A DNA stretch of 64,000 nucleotides from Emcibacteraceae bacterium (GCA_041396985.1 JAWKXO010000001.1:59778-123777), one strand, 5' to 3'. Positions 1-9,096 are shown, numbered from the stretch's first letter. The notes: generated by a model from the letters alone, not told the origin. Made by a program: numbers and translations.

Positions 1-885
1 GAAAAGTTCAAAAAAATCACCGCCATTGGTGAATTTGATAAAGAGCCAGACTTCACCGCATAAAATTGCCGCACAGGCCATAAAAATAACCCAGCCTTCA
101 AAATAATGCAGAAGACCATCGGCCATTCCACCACCCCAATATTCAACCAGAACACCAACCATGCCAATTCTGAAACTGTTCATGAAAATTGTAATCGGTA
201 TTGTCGAAATAAAAACAATTGCCCGTTGCCAAAATGGCGCTTTAAAAAGATATGCTACCAAAAACCCAAGACTGGTAAGCGGGTATAAATAACGAAGGCC
301 ACTACAGGCATCCACCACCTGAAGCTTATAACTGCCAAGATCAATTACATTTCCTTCGAGAAAGACGGGTATACTCAAAAGTCTTATAAAAAAGACTCCA
401 AGTTCCGAAGAAATAAGCTGAAGGCGCCAGGACATAATTGAATCAAGAAAATAAGGCATCGGAATTGCAAACAGCAAAAACAGAATTGGCAATGCTGTCA
501 GACGTAATAACGCCATGCCGCCAAAGACAAGGGAAATACCAAGCAGCGAAAGAATAAAGCCCGTCTGTACCAGAATAAATATGGCGCTTAGTTCCCCGAC
601 AAGCAGCATAAAGCCGGAGACCAGAATAACAGCAAAACCTGCCCACATTGGCTTGCCTATGCTGGCTGCCAGCGCATCTCGTCTGTCCCAAAGCATCCAG
701 AGCGATATAGCCGGAATCAGAAAACCATGGCTATACTCATCCTGTGTCAACCAGCGCCCATACTGGTTTAATAATCCACCACTGAATGCCGCCAGACTGA
801 AAAACAGCGAGACGCCAAGCAGGATAAACTGAACAGGATGCTGCCTGATTATATTGGGGTGTGCCGTGTCAGAAATAATACTCAT
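1..885 (-). CDS. Exosortase (EpsH/Xrt family), N-terminal 295 codons; the C-terminus lies beyond position 1
   Basis: Missing from the ORF track because no stop codon is reached inside the window. Manual reverse-complement translation from the ATG at 885-883 stays open to position 1: MSIISDTAHPNIIRQHPVQFILLGVSLFFSLAAFSGGLLNQYGRWLTQDEYSHGFLIPAISLWMLWDRRDALAAS... It has multiple hydrophobic helices. The exosortase signature residues occur in the expected order: VVDACSGLRYL (Cys), IFMNSFRIG (Arg), LLHYFEGW (His). Confidence 0.85.
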   Translation of the reverse strand, partial: MSIISDTAHPNIIRQHPVQFILLGVSLFFSLAAFSGGLLNQYGRWLTQDEYSHGFLIPAISLWMLWDRRDALAASIGKPMWAGFAVILVSGFMLLVGELSAIFILVQTGFILSLLGISLVFGGMALLRLTALPILFLLFAIPMPYFLDSIMSWRLQLISSELGVFFIRLLSIPVFLEGNVIDLGSYKLQVVDACSGLRYLYPLTSLGFLVAYLFKAPFWQRAIVFISTIPITIFMNSFRIGMVGVLVEYWGGGMADGLLHYFEGWVIFMACAAILCGEVWLFIKFTNGGDFFELF

Positions 886-999
886 CCATTTAATTTTTTA
901 TTGCGTTTTATAATTTGACGAGATTATCACAAAGAAAAGTAAAAAAACAGTGTATGTGGGCTCGATTAAATTATTAAGTTTATTGTCTATTTTATTGAT

Positions 1000-2094
1000 T
1001 TATTTTGTTTTATTGGTAGCGATATTGAAATCAAGGCAATTAAGATGAAATATTCTTTTAATGAATTTATTTGGATTTATCAGGGTTAATTTATGCCCAT
1101 TGCTTTCCATTTCTTCATTAAATAGCAATAATTGAGCCAAAATTGACGGATCAATATAACCGACTTTTGTCATATCCAGCTCAAAATCCCCGTCCCGTTT
1201 CAGAATTTCGTTAAACATAGCGATAATCCTGTCCCGTATTTCTATCGTCAGATCACCTTTTAATATTACGGTCTTTTTCTTAAAAACCGGCAAAATATAT
1301 GGCGTTGACCGGGTGGTGTGCCTTTTGATCAGAGATCTGTATGGCAAAATATTTTTAAAAATCAATTTTAGAAAGGCACAACCGTCATTCCAATATCTGC
1401 TGAATAATTCCGGTTCTTCCTTAATCCGCCATAGCCATTCCAGATGAAAATTCTGCACCCATTCCGGTGCTCTCTTCACATTCCCGGCAATGAAATTGAC
1501 AACTGCCCCAAGATGGCTGATCACATAAGCATTTAAACTGTCACGATTATTTTCAATCCAGGCCTGGCCTTTTTTCGCACCTAGCGAAACAATGATGAAG
1601 TCGGCTTTCGCTTCATTAATTTCATCAATAATTTCGTTGCTGCTCATGTCTTCGACACTGCCAAAGCCGGGGTTCAGGTAACCGACACTTTCCAGTCCGC
1701 ATTTTTTTTCATTTAATATTTCATGGGCTTGTTCCGCTATGCCATCCTGACCGCCAAAGAAAAAAACCTTTATCGGTTTTTTCCGGCAGCGGTCATCATA
1801 TTTCAGAAAATCAATAAGACTGGACCCCGCAACCCGTTTTCTGATGGGGATATCAAGCAGTTTACACATAAACACAATCGGCATGCCGTCTGCTATGCTT
1901 AAATCAGAATGGAGGACAGACTTTCTGAAATGTTCATCATGCTGACCGGCAATCAGGAAATTCAGGTTCGGTGTCGATAAAAATAATTTATTTCTATTGT
2001 TGATAGCGTCGATTATTTTTGTGGCCGTTTCCTCCATGGTCACGGCATCAAAGCTTAATCCCAACAAATTATATATATCACGGTCAGCGTTCAT
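1000..2094 (-). CDS. WecB/TagA/CpsF-family (GT26) glycosyltransferase fused to a C-terminal STAS-like domain
   Basis: 364 aa. The first ~255 aa show GT26-type blocks: LSTPNLNFL, IADGMPIV, VFFFGG, IIVSLGAKKGQAWI, LGAVVNFIAGNVKRAP, HLEWLWRI. The last ~100 aa read as a STAS/SpoIIAA fold: ILKGDLTIE...ELDMTKVGYIDPSILAQLLLF...LTLINPNKFIKRIFHLNCLDF. It overlaps the upstream GT2 gene by 11 nt. Confidence 0.8.
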   Translation of the reverse strand: MNADRDIYNLLGLSFDAVTMEETATKIIDAINNRNKLFLSTPNLNFLIAGQHDEHFRKSVLHSDLSIADGMPIVFMCKLLDIPIRKRVAGSSLIDFLKYDDRCRKKPIKVFFFGGQDGIAEQAHEILNEKKCGLESVGYLNPGFGSVEDMSSNEIIDEINEAKADFIIVSLGAKKGQAWIENNRDSLNAYVISHLGAVVNFIAGNVKRAPEWVQNFHLEWLWRIKEEPELFSRYWNDGCAFLKLIFKNILPYRSLIKRHTTRSTPYILPVFKKKTVILKGDLTIEIRDRIIAMFNEILKRDGDFELDMTKVGYIDPSILAQLLLFNEEMESNGHKLTLINPNKFIKRIFHLNCLDFNIATNKTK

Positions 2095-3007
2095 GGTGCG
2101 CCTGCTCCCACTTTGGCTTCATTGCGTCATTGATTTCATCAATGGCCCGCTTTTTGCCAACCACCAATGCCCTTCGCTGATATTTTCTGATAAATGAAAT
2201 CAGTTTTCTGTCTGATTGTTGCGGCTTTCGGCAAATCATGCTTTTAATAAATCCCCATGCCATAGCCAGCCCGCCAATAATATAGGGTGGCCGCACCATC
2301 CGGTATGCGGCGGTTGCCATAAAATATAGTATACTGCTTCCCATATAATATTGTCCGTATCCGTGGCGCATCCGGCCGGTCAGTATGCCATTCTGACTTG
2401 ATCCCATCGGTCTCAGATGGATAAATCTGATTTTCGGGTCATCACTGCTGCAGGCGATCCAGCCAAGAAATCGGCAGCGATGACAGTCTATCGCATCCCA
2501 CATGACTTCACGGACAAAGCCGCCTATTTCCTCAAAACATTGTCGGCGGTAAAATTTTGATGCACCAACACACATTTCATCGCCGCACTTTTCACTGACC
2601 TGTCTGTCACCATCCATATAATAGGGTTTTCCGCTGAAACAGCCAAGTCTTGGATTTTCTGCCATCTTTTCCATCAGAATTTTGAAATAATCGGATGGCA
2701 GGATCAGATCCATATCCAGTTTGCAGATATAGTCAAATTCAGCGGGATTTATACTGTCATAGCCTTTATAAAAAGCTTCAATCACGCCGGGTCCAACGGC
2801 GCGGGCGCCACGGTTTTCATTGGTGATCACCGAAATCCAGGTATATTTTTCAGCATACTCGCTCAGAATGTTCGCTGTTTCATCGGTTGAGCCGTCATCA
2901 ACAATAACCCATTTTTCCGGCAATATGCTTTGCCCGGCAACGCTGTCGAGCGTCTGGCGCATAAATTTTGCCTCATTCCGGCAGGGTGATATAATTAAAT
3001 AGCTCAT
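2084..3007 (-). CDS. Family 2 glycosyltransferase (GT-A fold) with a hydrophobic C-terminal part
   Basis: N-terminus ISPCRNEAKFMRQTLDSVAGQSILPEKWVIVDDGSTDET is a typical GT2 start. There is a DxD-like LDMDL, and the C-terminus is hydrophobic. Confidence 0.8.
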   Translation of the reverse strand: MSYLIISPCRNEAKFMRQTLDSVAGQSILPEKWVIVDDGSTDETANILSEYAEKYTWISVITNENRGARAVGPGVIEAFYKGYDSINPAEFDYICKLDMDLILPSDYFKILMEKMAENPRLGCFSGKPYYMDGDRQVSEKCGDEMCVGASKFYRRQCFEEIGGFVREVMWDAIDCHRCRFLGWIACSSDDPKIRFIHLRPMGSSQNGILTGRMRHGYGQYYMGSSILYFMATAAYRMVRPPYIIGGLAMAWGFIKSMICRKPQQSDRKLISFIRKYQRRALVVGKKRAIDEINDAMKPKWEQAHHER

Positions 3008-3016
3008 ATTCTCATC

Positions 3017-4219
3017 TTATCCGTTAAACAGCACTTCCAGCCTGTCAATATTAACATCGCGACCAAATTCGCTTTGAACATGGCTTGCCGCATTATCGAT
3101 AAGACTATGCTGAATGTCACGTTTTACTATTGCTTCCGCCAGTGCATCAGCGTCTTTCGGTTCAACCAGCAGACCGGTTTTCCCATCTATAATCAGTTCC
3201 GGTATCCCCGATATCCTTGTTGAAATAACCGCTAGACCAAGCATCATCGCTTCCATCAGCACAACGGGAATACCGTCCATGTCGCCATTTTTATCTTTCT
3301 GACAGGCCAAAACAAAAATATCATGTTTTGCCATCCATCGCCCCACATCCTTATTATCAAGGGCGCCGATCATTTCCACGCAGTCGGATACATTTTTCTC
3401 AGCAATTCTTTTTTCAATCTGCGTCCGTTCGGGTCCATCGCCGGCAATGGACAGTAATACCGGTACCCCTCTATCTTTTAAAAGCGCCACGGCGTCAATT
3501 AAGGTCAGCATCCCTTTCTTTTCCACCAGACGGCCCAGTGAACAAAGCCTGATTTTCTCGCTTGCCTCTTTTTCCGCCCCTTCATATTTCAGATCGACCC
3601 CGCAGCGCACAATGCGTATTTTGTTTGCCGGGAGGCCAATTTCCATTAAAAAGCGCCTGTTGAAATCGGAAATAGTGACAAAATATTTCGCACGCTCCGC
3701 TTTTCTTTTTAAAAGAAGGCCGTGTTCAAAAATATCATTGGCATGGGACGTTACAGTAAAGGGTTTATGACTGATGACCGACGCATACATGGCAACCTGA
3801 CATGGCACATTGGCAAAATGAACATGAATGTGTTCACAACCGTTTTTTATGAATAACCGCGCCGCCCGACAGGCAGCAAAAAACTGATAAATCAGCTTAT
3901 AAGCCGCCAGATTGAAAAGCCCAACATGAAAAAAATCTGATATCAATAGCCCCAGTGCTTTCACTGTCCCCAAAGGCCTTGTGAAAAGACACTGAAAAAA
4001 AGCAATGATAAAAATAATCACCCCATCCTTATAAAGATAATGAACAGGTCCCATTTTTTCTTTTACTGCGGGCGAAACATCCACAGGTTGATGAATTGAC
4101 AGGGGAAAAATTTTGTAACCACGCTCACGTAAGGAAAAAATTTCATTATAGACAAATGTTTCCGATAATGCCGGAATTGCGGGCGCCAGATAGGCGATAT
4201 TTTTCTCCTTAAGCGCCAT
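3017..4219 (-). CDS. Group 1 (GT4-like, GT-B fold) glycosyltransferase
   Basis: The C-terminal half carries the GT-B nucleotide-sugar motif: GRLVEKKG, then DGIPVVLMEAMMLGLAVISTRISGIPELIIDGKTGLLVEP (E-x7-E type). Confidence 0.8.
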   Translation of the reverse strand: MALKEKNIAYLAPAIPALSETFVYNEIFSLRERGYKIFPLSIHQPVDVSPAVKEKMGPVHYLYKDGVIIFIIAFFQCLFTRPLGTVKALGLLISDFFHVGLFNLAAYKLIYQFFAACRAARLFIKNGCEHIHVHFANVPCQVAMYASVISHKPFTVTSHANDIFEHGLLLKRKAERAKYFVTISDFNRRFLMEIGLPANKIRIVRCGVDLKYEGAEKEASEKIRLCSLGRLVEKKGMLTLIDAVALLKDRGVPVLLSIAGDGPERTQIEKRIAEKNVSDCVEMIGALDNKDVGRWMAKHDIFVLACQKDKNGDMDGIPVVLMEAMMLGLAVISTRISGIPELIIDGKTGLLVEPKDADALAEAIVKRDIQHSLIDNAASHVQSEFGRDVNIDRLEVLFNG

Positions 4220-4726
4220 TTATTTTGTCTCAACCTTTAACGGTGCAGCGGGTATGCCCACTACTGTCTGATTTGGGGCAACATCATTAAGTACGACGGC
4301 ATTTGCCCCTACCCGCGAATGATCCCCCAATGTAATTTCCCCCAGAATTTTTGCACCACAACCGATGTCAACATGCCCGCCAACTTTCGGGGCTCCACCG
4401 ATCAATGTTCCCAATGTCACCTGCTGAAAAATCAGACAGTTTGGGCCAATCACCGTAGCAGGATGAATGACAATCCCATTGGGATGGGGGATGAGAAGCC
4501 CGCCACCAATATTGCACATAAGATCAATTTCCGCCCCTGTCACCACCGACCAGAACCGATGGGACAGGACCCAATATTTTTGTGCTGCTTTGGTGAAGAA
4601 CCCTTTATGACCTTGCTCGAGCGCCTGATATTTTCTGATTGCCCGAAGCAACCGCCTTCCGGGATCCCAGAAACGTCTTGGCTTCTCCCGGCTCCAATCC
4701 GGTATTTCCGCTGATACTTCAGACAT
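4220..4726 (-). CDS. Hexapeptide-repeat O-acetyltransferase (serine-acetyltransferase-like left-handed beta helix)
   Basis: Repeats: GGGLLIPHPNGIVIHPATVIGPNCLIFQQVTLG...GGHVDIGCGAKILGEITLGDHSRVGANAVVLNDV. Its start directly abuts the stop of the upstream GT4 gene (4219/4220). Confidence 0.8.
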   Translation of the reverse strand: MSEVSAEIPDWSREKPRRFWDPGRRLLRAIRKYQALEQGHKGFFTKAAQKYWVLSHRFWSVVTGAEIDLMCNIGGGLLIPHPNGIVIHPATVIGPNCLIFQQVTLGTLIGGAPKVGGHVDIGCGAKILGEITLGDHSRVGANAVVLNDVAPNQTVVGIPAAPLKVETK

Positions 4727-4760
4727 TTATTTCCTGTTCCCGTCTTTCAATAGTGTAATT

Positions 4761-5762
4761 TTATTTATACTCGATGATATTTTGTTTGCTTCCGCTGATC
4801 TTACCGTAGTGATACTTTAAAAATCCTAAAAATTCCGGAATTTTATCAATCATACAAAATGTTGCATATAAAAACTTGTCCCCGGATGAATAAGGCATAT
4901 TCAATCCCTTATAAATTCTCAGTATCTGAATGGGAAAAAGCGCAAGAATAAAAAGAGCCAGTAAAGGATATTTCAAAAACGTAGCGATCAGGACAAGCGG
5001 ATAAAGTCCACCCCAAATCACCAGACTTTTTCGTTCTCTGGCCCAGCGCCCCCATTCCACAGCATTGGCATAGGAAAAACCGGTCCGGACCGATCTGATC
5101 CACCACGCATTATAATGCATCATGGCCGCATCATGAAAACCCATGGGCGCGTCAAGGCACATGATCTTCTGTCCCGCTTTTCTAAGGCGATGATAAAATT
5201 CCGGCTCTTCACCCGCAATCAGGTTTGTATTAAAGCCATCATGTTTACGGAATATATCTGCTCTGATGGTGGCAATGCCGCCGCAGGAATTAATTTCACC
5301 CGGCTTGATATACCACGCCATATCACATAGCCTGTTATAGAGCGTTAAGTCACGATATTTTTCACGAAGCCTCCCGCAAATGACCGCAACGTCCGCTGAA
5401 ACTTCAAAGGCGCTGATCGCATTTTCAAGCCAGTTTTCATCCAGTTCACAATCACCATCTATAAAATGCACATAATGAAGCCCCTCAACGGTTTCATTCA
5501 GGAACTTAAAACCGGCATTTCTGGCCCGGGCGGCGGTTAAGGGGCACTCTTGATCAAGCTCAATCACATTAATTTTAAAGGATTTTGCCAGATTGGCACT
5601 GCCGTCTGACGAACAGGAATCCACATAAACAATATGTTTGACACCAGAATTTAAAACTGATTCAATACAGGCTTTAAGCCGCTGACCTTCGTTACGGCCA
5701 ATAATGACGACCCCTGCATTTTTCAACATGCCGTTCTCTGTTACTGCATCATCTTTTGTCAT
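4761..5762 (-). CDS. Family 2 glycosyltransferase with C-terminal membrane segments
   Basis: VVIIGRNEGQRLKACIESVL...IVYVDSCSSDGS, DxD-like DGDCEL, hydrophobic C-terminus (LVIWGGLYPLVLIATFL...LFILALFPIQIL). Confidence 0.8.
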   Translation of the reverse strand: MTKDDAVTENGMLKNAGVVIIGRNEGQRLKACIESVLNSGVKHIVYVDSCSSDGSANLAKSFKINVIELDQECPLTAARARNAGFKFLNETVEGLHYVHFIDGDCELDENWLENAISAFEVSADVAVICGRLREKYRDLTLYNRLCDMAWYIKPGEINSCGGIATIRADIFRKHDGFNTNLIAGEEPEFYHRLRKAGQKIMCLDAPMGFHDAAMMHYNAWWIRSVRTGFSYANAVEWGRWARERKSLVIWGGLYPLVLIATFLKYPLLALFILALFPIQILRIYKGLNMPYSSGDKFLYATFCMIDKIPEFLGFLKYHYGKISGSKQNIIEYK

Positions 5763-5811
5763 TAGAATATTTTATAATGAAGTGGTTAAAATATTGATAG
5801 TTTTAAATTTT

Positions 5812-7041
5812 TTACTGGCTCTCACGGATAACTTCAATACCCGCCTGTTCCAGAAGAGCGCAAAAATTATCCGGCAAATGTAATCCCGTTCTGAAGTCTG
5901 ACATTTTCGGCGTCGGATTACTTTCCGGATAAAATACATCGCGCCCCAAAAGTATTTTCCCGATTTTTGGCCTGATATCATTTTGACACAGGGCACCAAG
6001 ATCAGCCTTTTTAATAAGGGAAGACATATTTGGTCCATGATAGGCTGATAAAACCAGCATATCCATTAGCCCTCTCAAAAATGACATATGTCCGCCCTGA
6101 AGGCTGCTGCAGACTTCCCAAACCCGCCGAATAACAATCGGCTGAAATTTGTGACCAATTTTCTTATTAATAAACTGCGGCAGGAGATATGAGAATTTTT
6201 TATAAAGACGCCTGACTGTTCGCTGCGGTTCTACATAGGGGGTAATAAAATTTTTCCAGTTATTGGTATAATAAACATCCCCAAGCTGGCCTTTCCAGAT
6301 AATGGCTTCATGCTGATAGGTGTCAGCTATTTTCCTTAAATCCGCCCCCCATCGCCAATGGGCCAGATCGGCCCGGCAACAGGCCTCAACAATTTCATAA
6401 TCAAGTTCGCCCCGGTCATTGGTATCATCCAGTTTCAAAACGTCTATATTCAGATTATTTTGAGCAACAAACTCTTTTACCAGTTGATAATTCGGCTCGG
6501 CACTTAAGGCAACGACCGGATTTTCCCAGGGTAGTAAAAGCAGGTTCATGCTGTCCTTACCGCCGCACATAATAATATTTGTTTTGCCGGGGTTTTTATC
6601 CTCTATTATTTTAATATCTTTTTTCAGAGCGTCTGCTGTCAATCGGCAATAGTCATCAATATCGGTTATGTCAAAGCAGCAGTCATGCGGCGCACCGATT
6701 TTCACAATTTCCTGATCAATGGTGTAATTTCCGGGATGGTTCGCGAAATTTTTTGCAAAAATAGTATCAACAGCCGTTTGATTGAGCTTCATGCTATTTT
6801 TAAGCACAATGAGCGCCAGTATGGAAAATGAATAATAGTTCTTATAACGATAGACATTATAAAATGACGGCAACCCTTCAAACTTATCCGCCTGCCAGAT
6901 ATAAATATCATGATGCTGCCATACCATTTCTTCGGTAAGGCAGGGTACCTGCCGGATCTCCTTTATCCTGTTTCTTAGATTTTCAATATAGTCAGTGACC
7001 ATTTCCTGATAACCCATTCTGCCCGATAATATCCACGCCAT
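5812..7041 (-). CDS. Uncharacterised protein with a PP-loop-like ATP-pyrophosphatase motif (paralog 2 of a tandem pair)
   Basis: The ORF-track start is 7041. Alignment with the upstream paralog (MVTDYIENLRNRIKEI versus MDYIEKIREKIKTP) suggests the real start is the ATG at 7002. The motif NIIMCGGKDSMNLLLLPW resembles the S-G-G-x-D-S PP-loop. Blocks are conserved with the neighbour along the whole length. Confidence 0.7.
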   Translation of the reverse strand: MAWILSGRMGYQEMVTDYIENLRNRIKEIRQVPCLTEEMVWQHHDIYIWQADKFEGLPSFYNVYRYKNYYSFSILALIVLKNSMKLNQTAVDTIFAKNFANHPGNYTIDQEIVKIGAPHDCCFDITDIDDYCRLTADALKKDIKIIEDKNPGKTNIIMCGGKDSMNLLLLPWENPVVALSAEPNYQLVKEFVAQNNLNIDVLKLDDTNDRGELDYEIVEACCRADLAHWRWGADLRKIADTYQHEAIIWKGQLGDVYYTNNWKNFITPYVEPQRTVRRLYKKFSYLLPQFINKKIGHKFQPIVIRRVWEVCSSLQGGHMSFLRGLMDMLVLSAYHGPNMSSLIKKADLGALCQNDIRPKIGKILLGRDVFYPESNPTPKMSDFRTGLHLPDNFCALLEQAGIEVIRESQ

Positions 7042-8203
7042 GCTTTTTTAGCAGGTCAATAAACTTTTCCGGTTTATGAGACCCTTCCCTAAAGCCCGAC
7101 AATTTCGGCGACGGGTTACTGGATGGATATATAACCGGTTTGCCATGAAGCATTTCCCCTATTTTCATTCTGACATCCTTTTGAACCGCTTTTGCCAGAT
7201 CAACAGAGGACAGGACTTTCTGCACATTTTTTCCATGGTATGCCGATAATACGAGAGTATCCGTTAACGCCCTGATAAAGGCCATATGATCCCCCTGCGA
7301 AATTGCCCCTTTATTCCATACTGTATCCGCAACCATCCTGCTTATCAAGTGTCCGAAAGGGACAGATAAAAACATGGGCAGATAGGGTGACAGTTTATTA
7401 TAAACTTTACAGAAAAAGAGCCTAGGTTCATTTTCCGGATAAATATAAGTCTTCCACCGTGGCGCGAAGTAAGCATCGGCCATCTGCCCTTTCCAGATAA
7501 TAAGCTTCTTCGAATAATCGTCCGTTATTTTTTTTATATGGTGTCCCCAGCGCCAATGAACGCTATCAAGCCTGCAGCATAATTCAGCGATTTCATCCTG
7601 CAGATAGTTTTCGTCAAAACTGTCTTCCAGAAGACGCACCTCTATATCAAGATTATTCTCTTTCACAAAGTCGCACACCAGCGGATAATTCGGTACAGCA
7701 CTATAGGCAACGACCGGATTTTGCCAGGGCAGCAATAGCAGGTTCAGGCTATCCTTGCCCCCGCACATAATCACATTGATAAATCCGGGATTAAGCTTTT
7801 CAATTTCAGCAATGTCCGTTTTAATGGCTTCAACCAGCATCCGGCAATAGTCTTCGGCATCCGTAATTTTTTCCGTAAAACCATGTGAAGCGCCAATTCG
7901 TTCAACATCCTGATCAATGGGTGTATCGTGTCCGAGCAAAATGAAGTCTTTTGCGTTTAATTTTTTGACAGCCGCCGGGTTTAAATGGAGAGTGTTTTTA
8001 TGAAGTATAAGTGCCAATGGCGAATAGGAATAATAGTTATTATATCGATAAACCGGATAAAAGGCGGGCATGCCATCAAACCTGTCTGCTTTCCAAAGCA
8101 ACGGTCCTTGATGCTGCCACATCATATCCTCCGTCAAAACGTCAACGGATTTTGGGGTTTTAATTTTCTCTCTGATTTTTTCAATATAATCCATAAGGAA
8201 CAT
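6992..8203 (-). CDS. Uncharacterised protein with a PP-loop-like ATP-pyrophosphatase motif (paralog 1 of a tandem pair)
   Basis: 403 aa. Motif NVIMCGGKDSLNLLLLPWQNPVVAYSA. Blocks shared with 5812..7041: YRYxNYYS, DYCR, CCRxDxxHWRWG, IIWKGQ, LVLSAYHG, YPxSNPxPKxSxFRxGxH. Confidence 0.7.
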   Translation of the reverse strand: MFLMDYIEKIREKIKTPKSVDVLTEDMMWQHQGPLLWKADRFDGMPAFYPVYRYNNYYSYSPLALILHKNTLHLNPAAVKKLNAKDFILLGHDTPIDQDVERIGASHGFTEKITDAEDYCRMLVEAIKTDIAEIEKLNPGFINVIMCGGKDSLNLLLLPWQNPVVAYSAVPNYPLVCDFVKENNLDIEVRLLEDSFDENYLQDEIAELCCRLDSVHWRWGHHIKKITDDYSKKLIIWKGQMADAYFAPRWKTYIYPENEPRLFFCKVYNKLSPYLPMFLSVPFGHLISRMVADTVWNKGAISQGDHMAFIRALTDTLVLSAYHGKNVQKVLSSVDLAKAVQKDVRMKIGEMLHGKPVIYPSSNPSPKLSGFREGSHKPEKFIDLLKKHGVDIIGQNGLSGNGH

Positions 8204-8220
8204 TCTTACCGAGGGACAGT

Positions 8221-9096
8221 TTAATGCCTGTCCTTATTTTTGGCCAAATAGTCTTTGATACCTTCCCGCATTTCATCACGGTCCATTGCAAAGGCAAGGT
8301 TTGCCAAAATAAATCCGGTTTTGTCCCCACAGTCAAAGCGCTCACCTTCAAAAAGCAGTCCGTGAAACGGAATATGACCCAGCATTTGTGCCATGGCGTC
8401 CGTTAATTGGATTTCCCCGCCAGCACCGATGACTTTTTTCTCAAGGTGGCTAAAAACTTCCGGCTGGAGTATATATCTGCCGATGATGGAAAAAGTGGAT
8501 GGCGCGTCTTTTGGATCCGGCTTTTCTACCAACCCTTTGACTTCAATAACCTTTCCTTCCCTGCTTGCAACATCAAGAATACCGTAGCTTGAGGTTTTTT
8601 CCCGCGGCACTTCCTCAATCGCCACCACATTGCCGCCTTTTTCATTATAAAGATCCATCATTTGCTTAAGGCAAGGACTTGAAGAATTTACCAGGTCATC
8701 CGCAAGCAATACTGCGAATGGTTCGTTACCGACAATATTCTTGGCACAGTATATTGCGTGTCCAAGTCCAAGTGCTTCCTGCTGGCGGGTATAGGATATG
8801 CTGCCCTCATTTGGCAAAAGATTTATCAGCTGATCCAGAATTTCCGTTTTATTTTTCTTGGCCAGCATATCTTCAAGTTCATAGGAATGATCAAAATGAT
8901 TTTCGATGGCAGCTTTTCCGCGGCCGGTCACAAAAATAATTTCCTCAATTCCGGCGGCTCTTGCTTCCTCAACCGCATATTGAATAAGCGGCTTATCAAC
9001 AACCGGCAACATTTCCTTGGGCATTGATTTTGTTGCCGGCAGGAACCTTGTACCCATACCACCGACCGGAAAAACGGCTTTTCTTACCGGTTTCAT
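8221..9096 (-). CDS. galU: UTP-glucose-1-phosphate uridylyltransferase
   Basis: KAVFPVGGMGTRFLPATKSMPKEMLPVVDKPLIQYAVEE is the canonical GalU N-terminus. 291 aa. It overlaps the pgi stop by 4 nt. Confidence 0.9.
   Translation of the reverse strand: MKPVRKAVFPVGGMGTRFLPATKSMPKEMLPVVDKPLIQYAVEEARAAGIEEIIFVTGRGKAAIENHFDHSYELEDMLAKKNKTEILDQLINLLPNEGSISYTRQQEALGLGHAIYCAKNIVGNEPFAVLLADDLVNSSSPCLKQMMDLYNEKGGNVVAIEEVPREKTSSYGILDVASREGKVIEVKGLVEKPDPKDAPSTFSIIGRYILQPEVFSHLEKKVIGAGGEIQLTDAMAQMLGHIPFHGLLFEGERFDCGDKTGFILANLAFAMDRDEMREGIKDYLAKNKDRH

Noticed and set aside
106-832. Three ORF-track entries (106..288 +, 443..691 -, 515..832 +).
   Set aside because: All lie inside the 295-codon open minus-strand frame that encodes a convincing exosortase. 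Their translations are low-complexity, have no motifs, and are in other frames or on the other strand, so they are shadow ORFs.
5772-6038. An 88-aa minus-strand ORF overlapping the 3-prime end of the PP-loop paralog.
   Set aside because: It is in a different frame of the same strand within a well-supported paralog-conserved coding region. Its translation is basic and low-complexity.
6992-7041. A 50-nt overlap between the two PP-loop paralog ORFs, considered as a sign of a frameshifted single gene or pseudogene.
   Set aside because: The two proteins are full-length paralogs of each other, so they are not halves of one gene. The alignment indicates the downstream gene starts at the ATG at 7002, which leaves only an 11-nt overlap typical of translational coupling.
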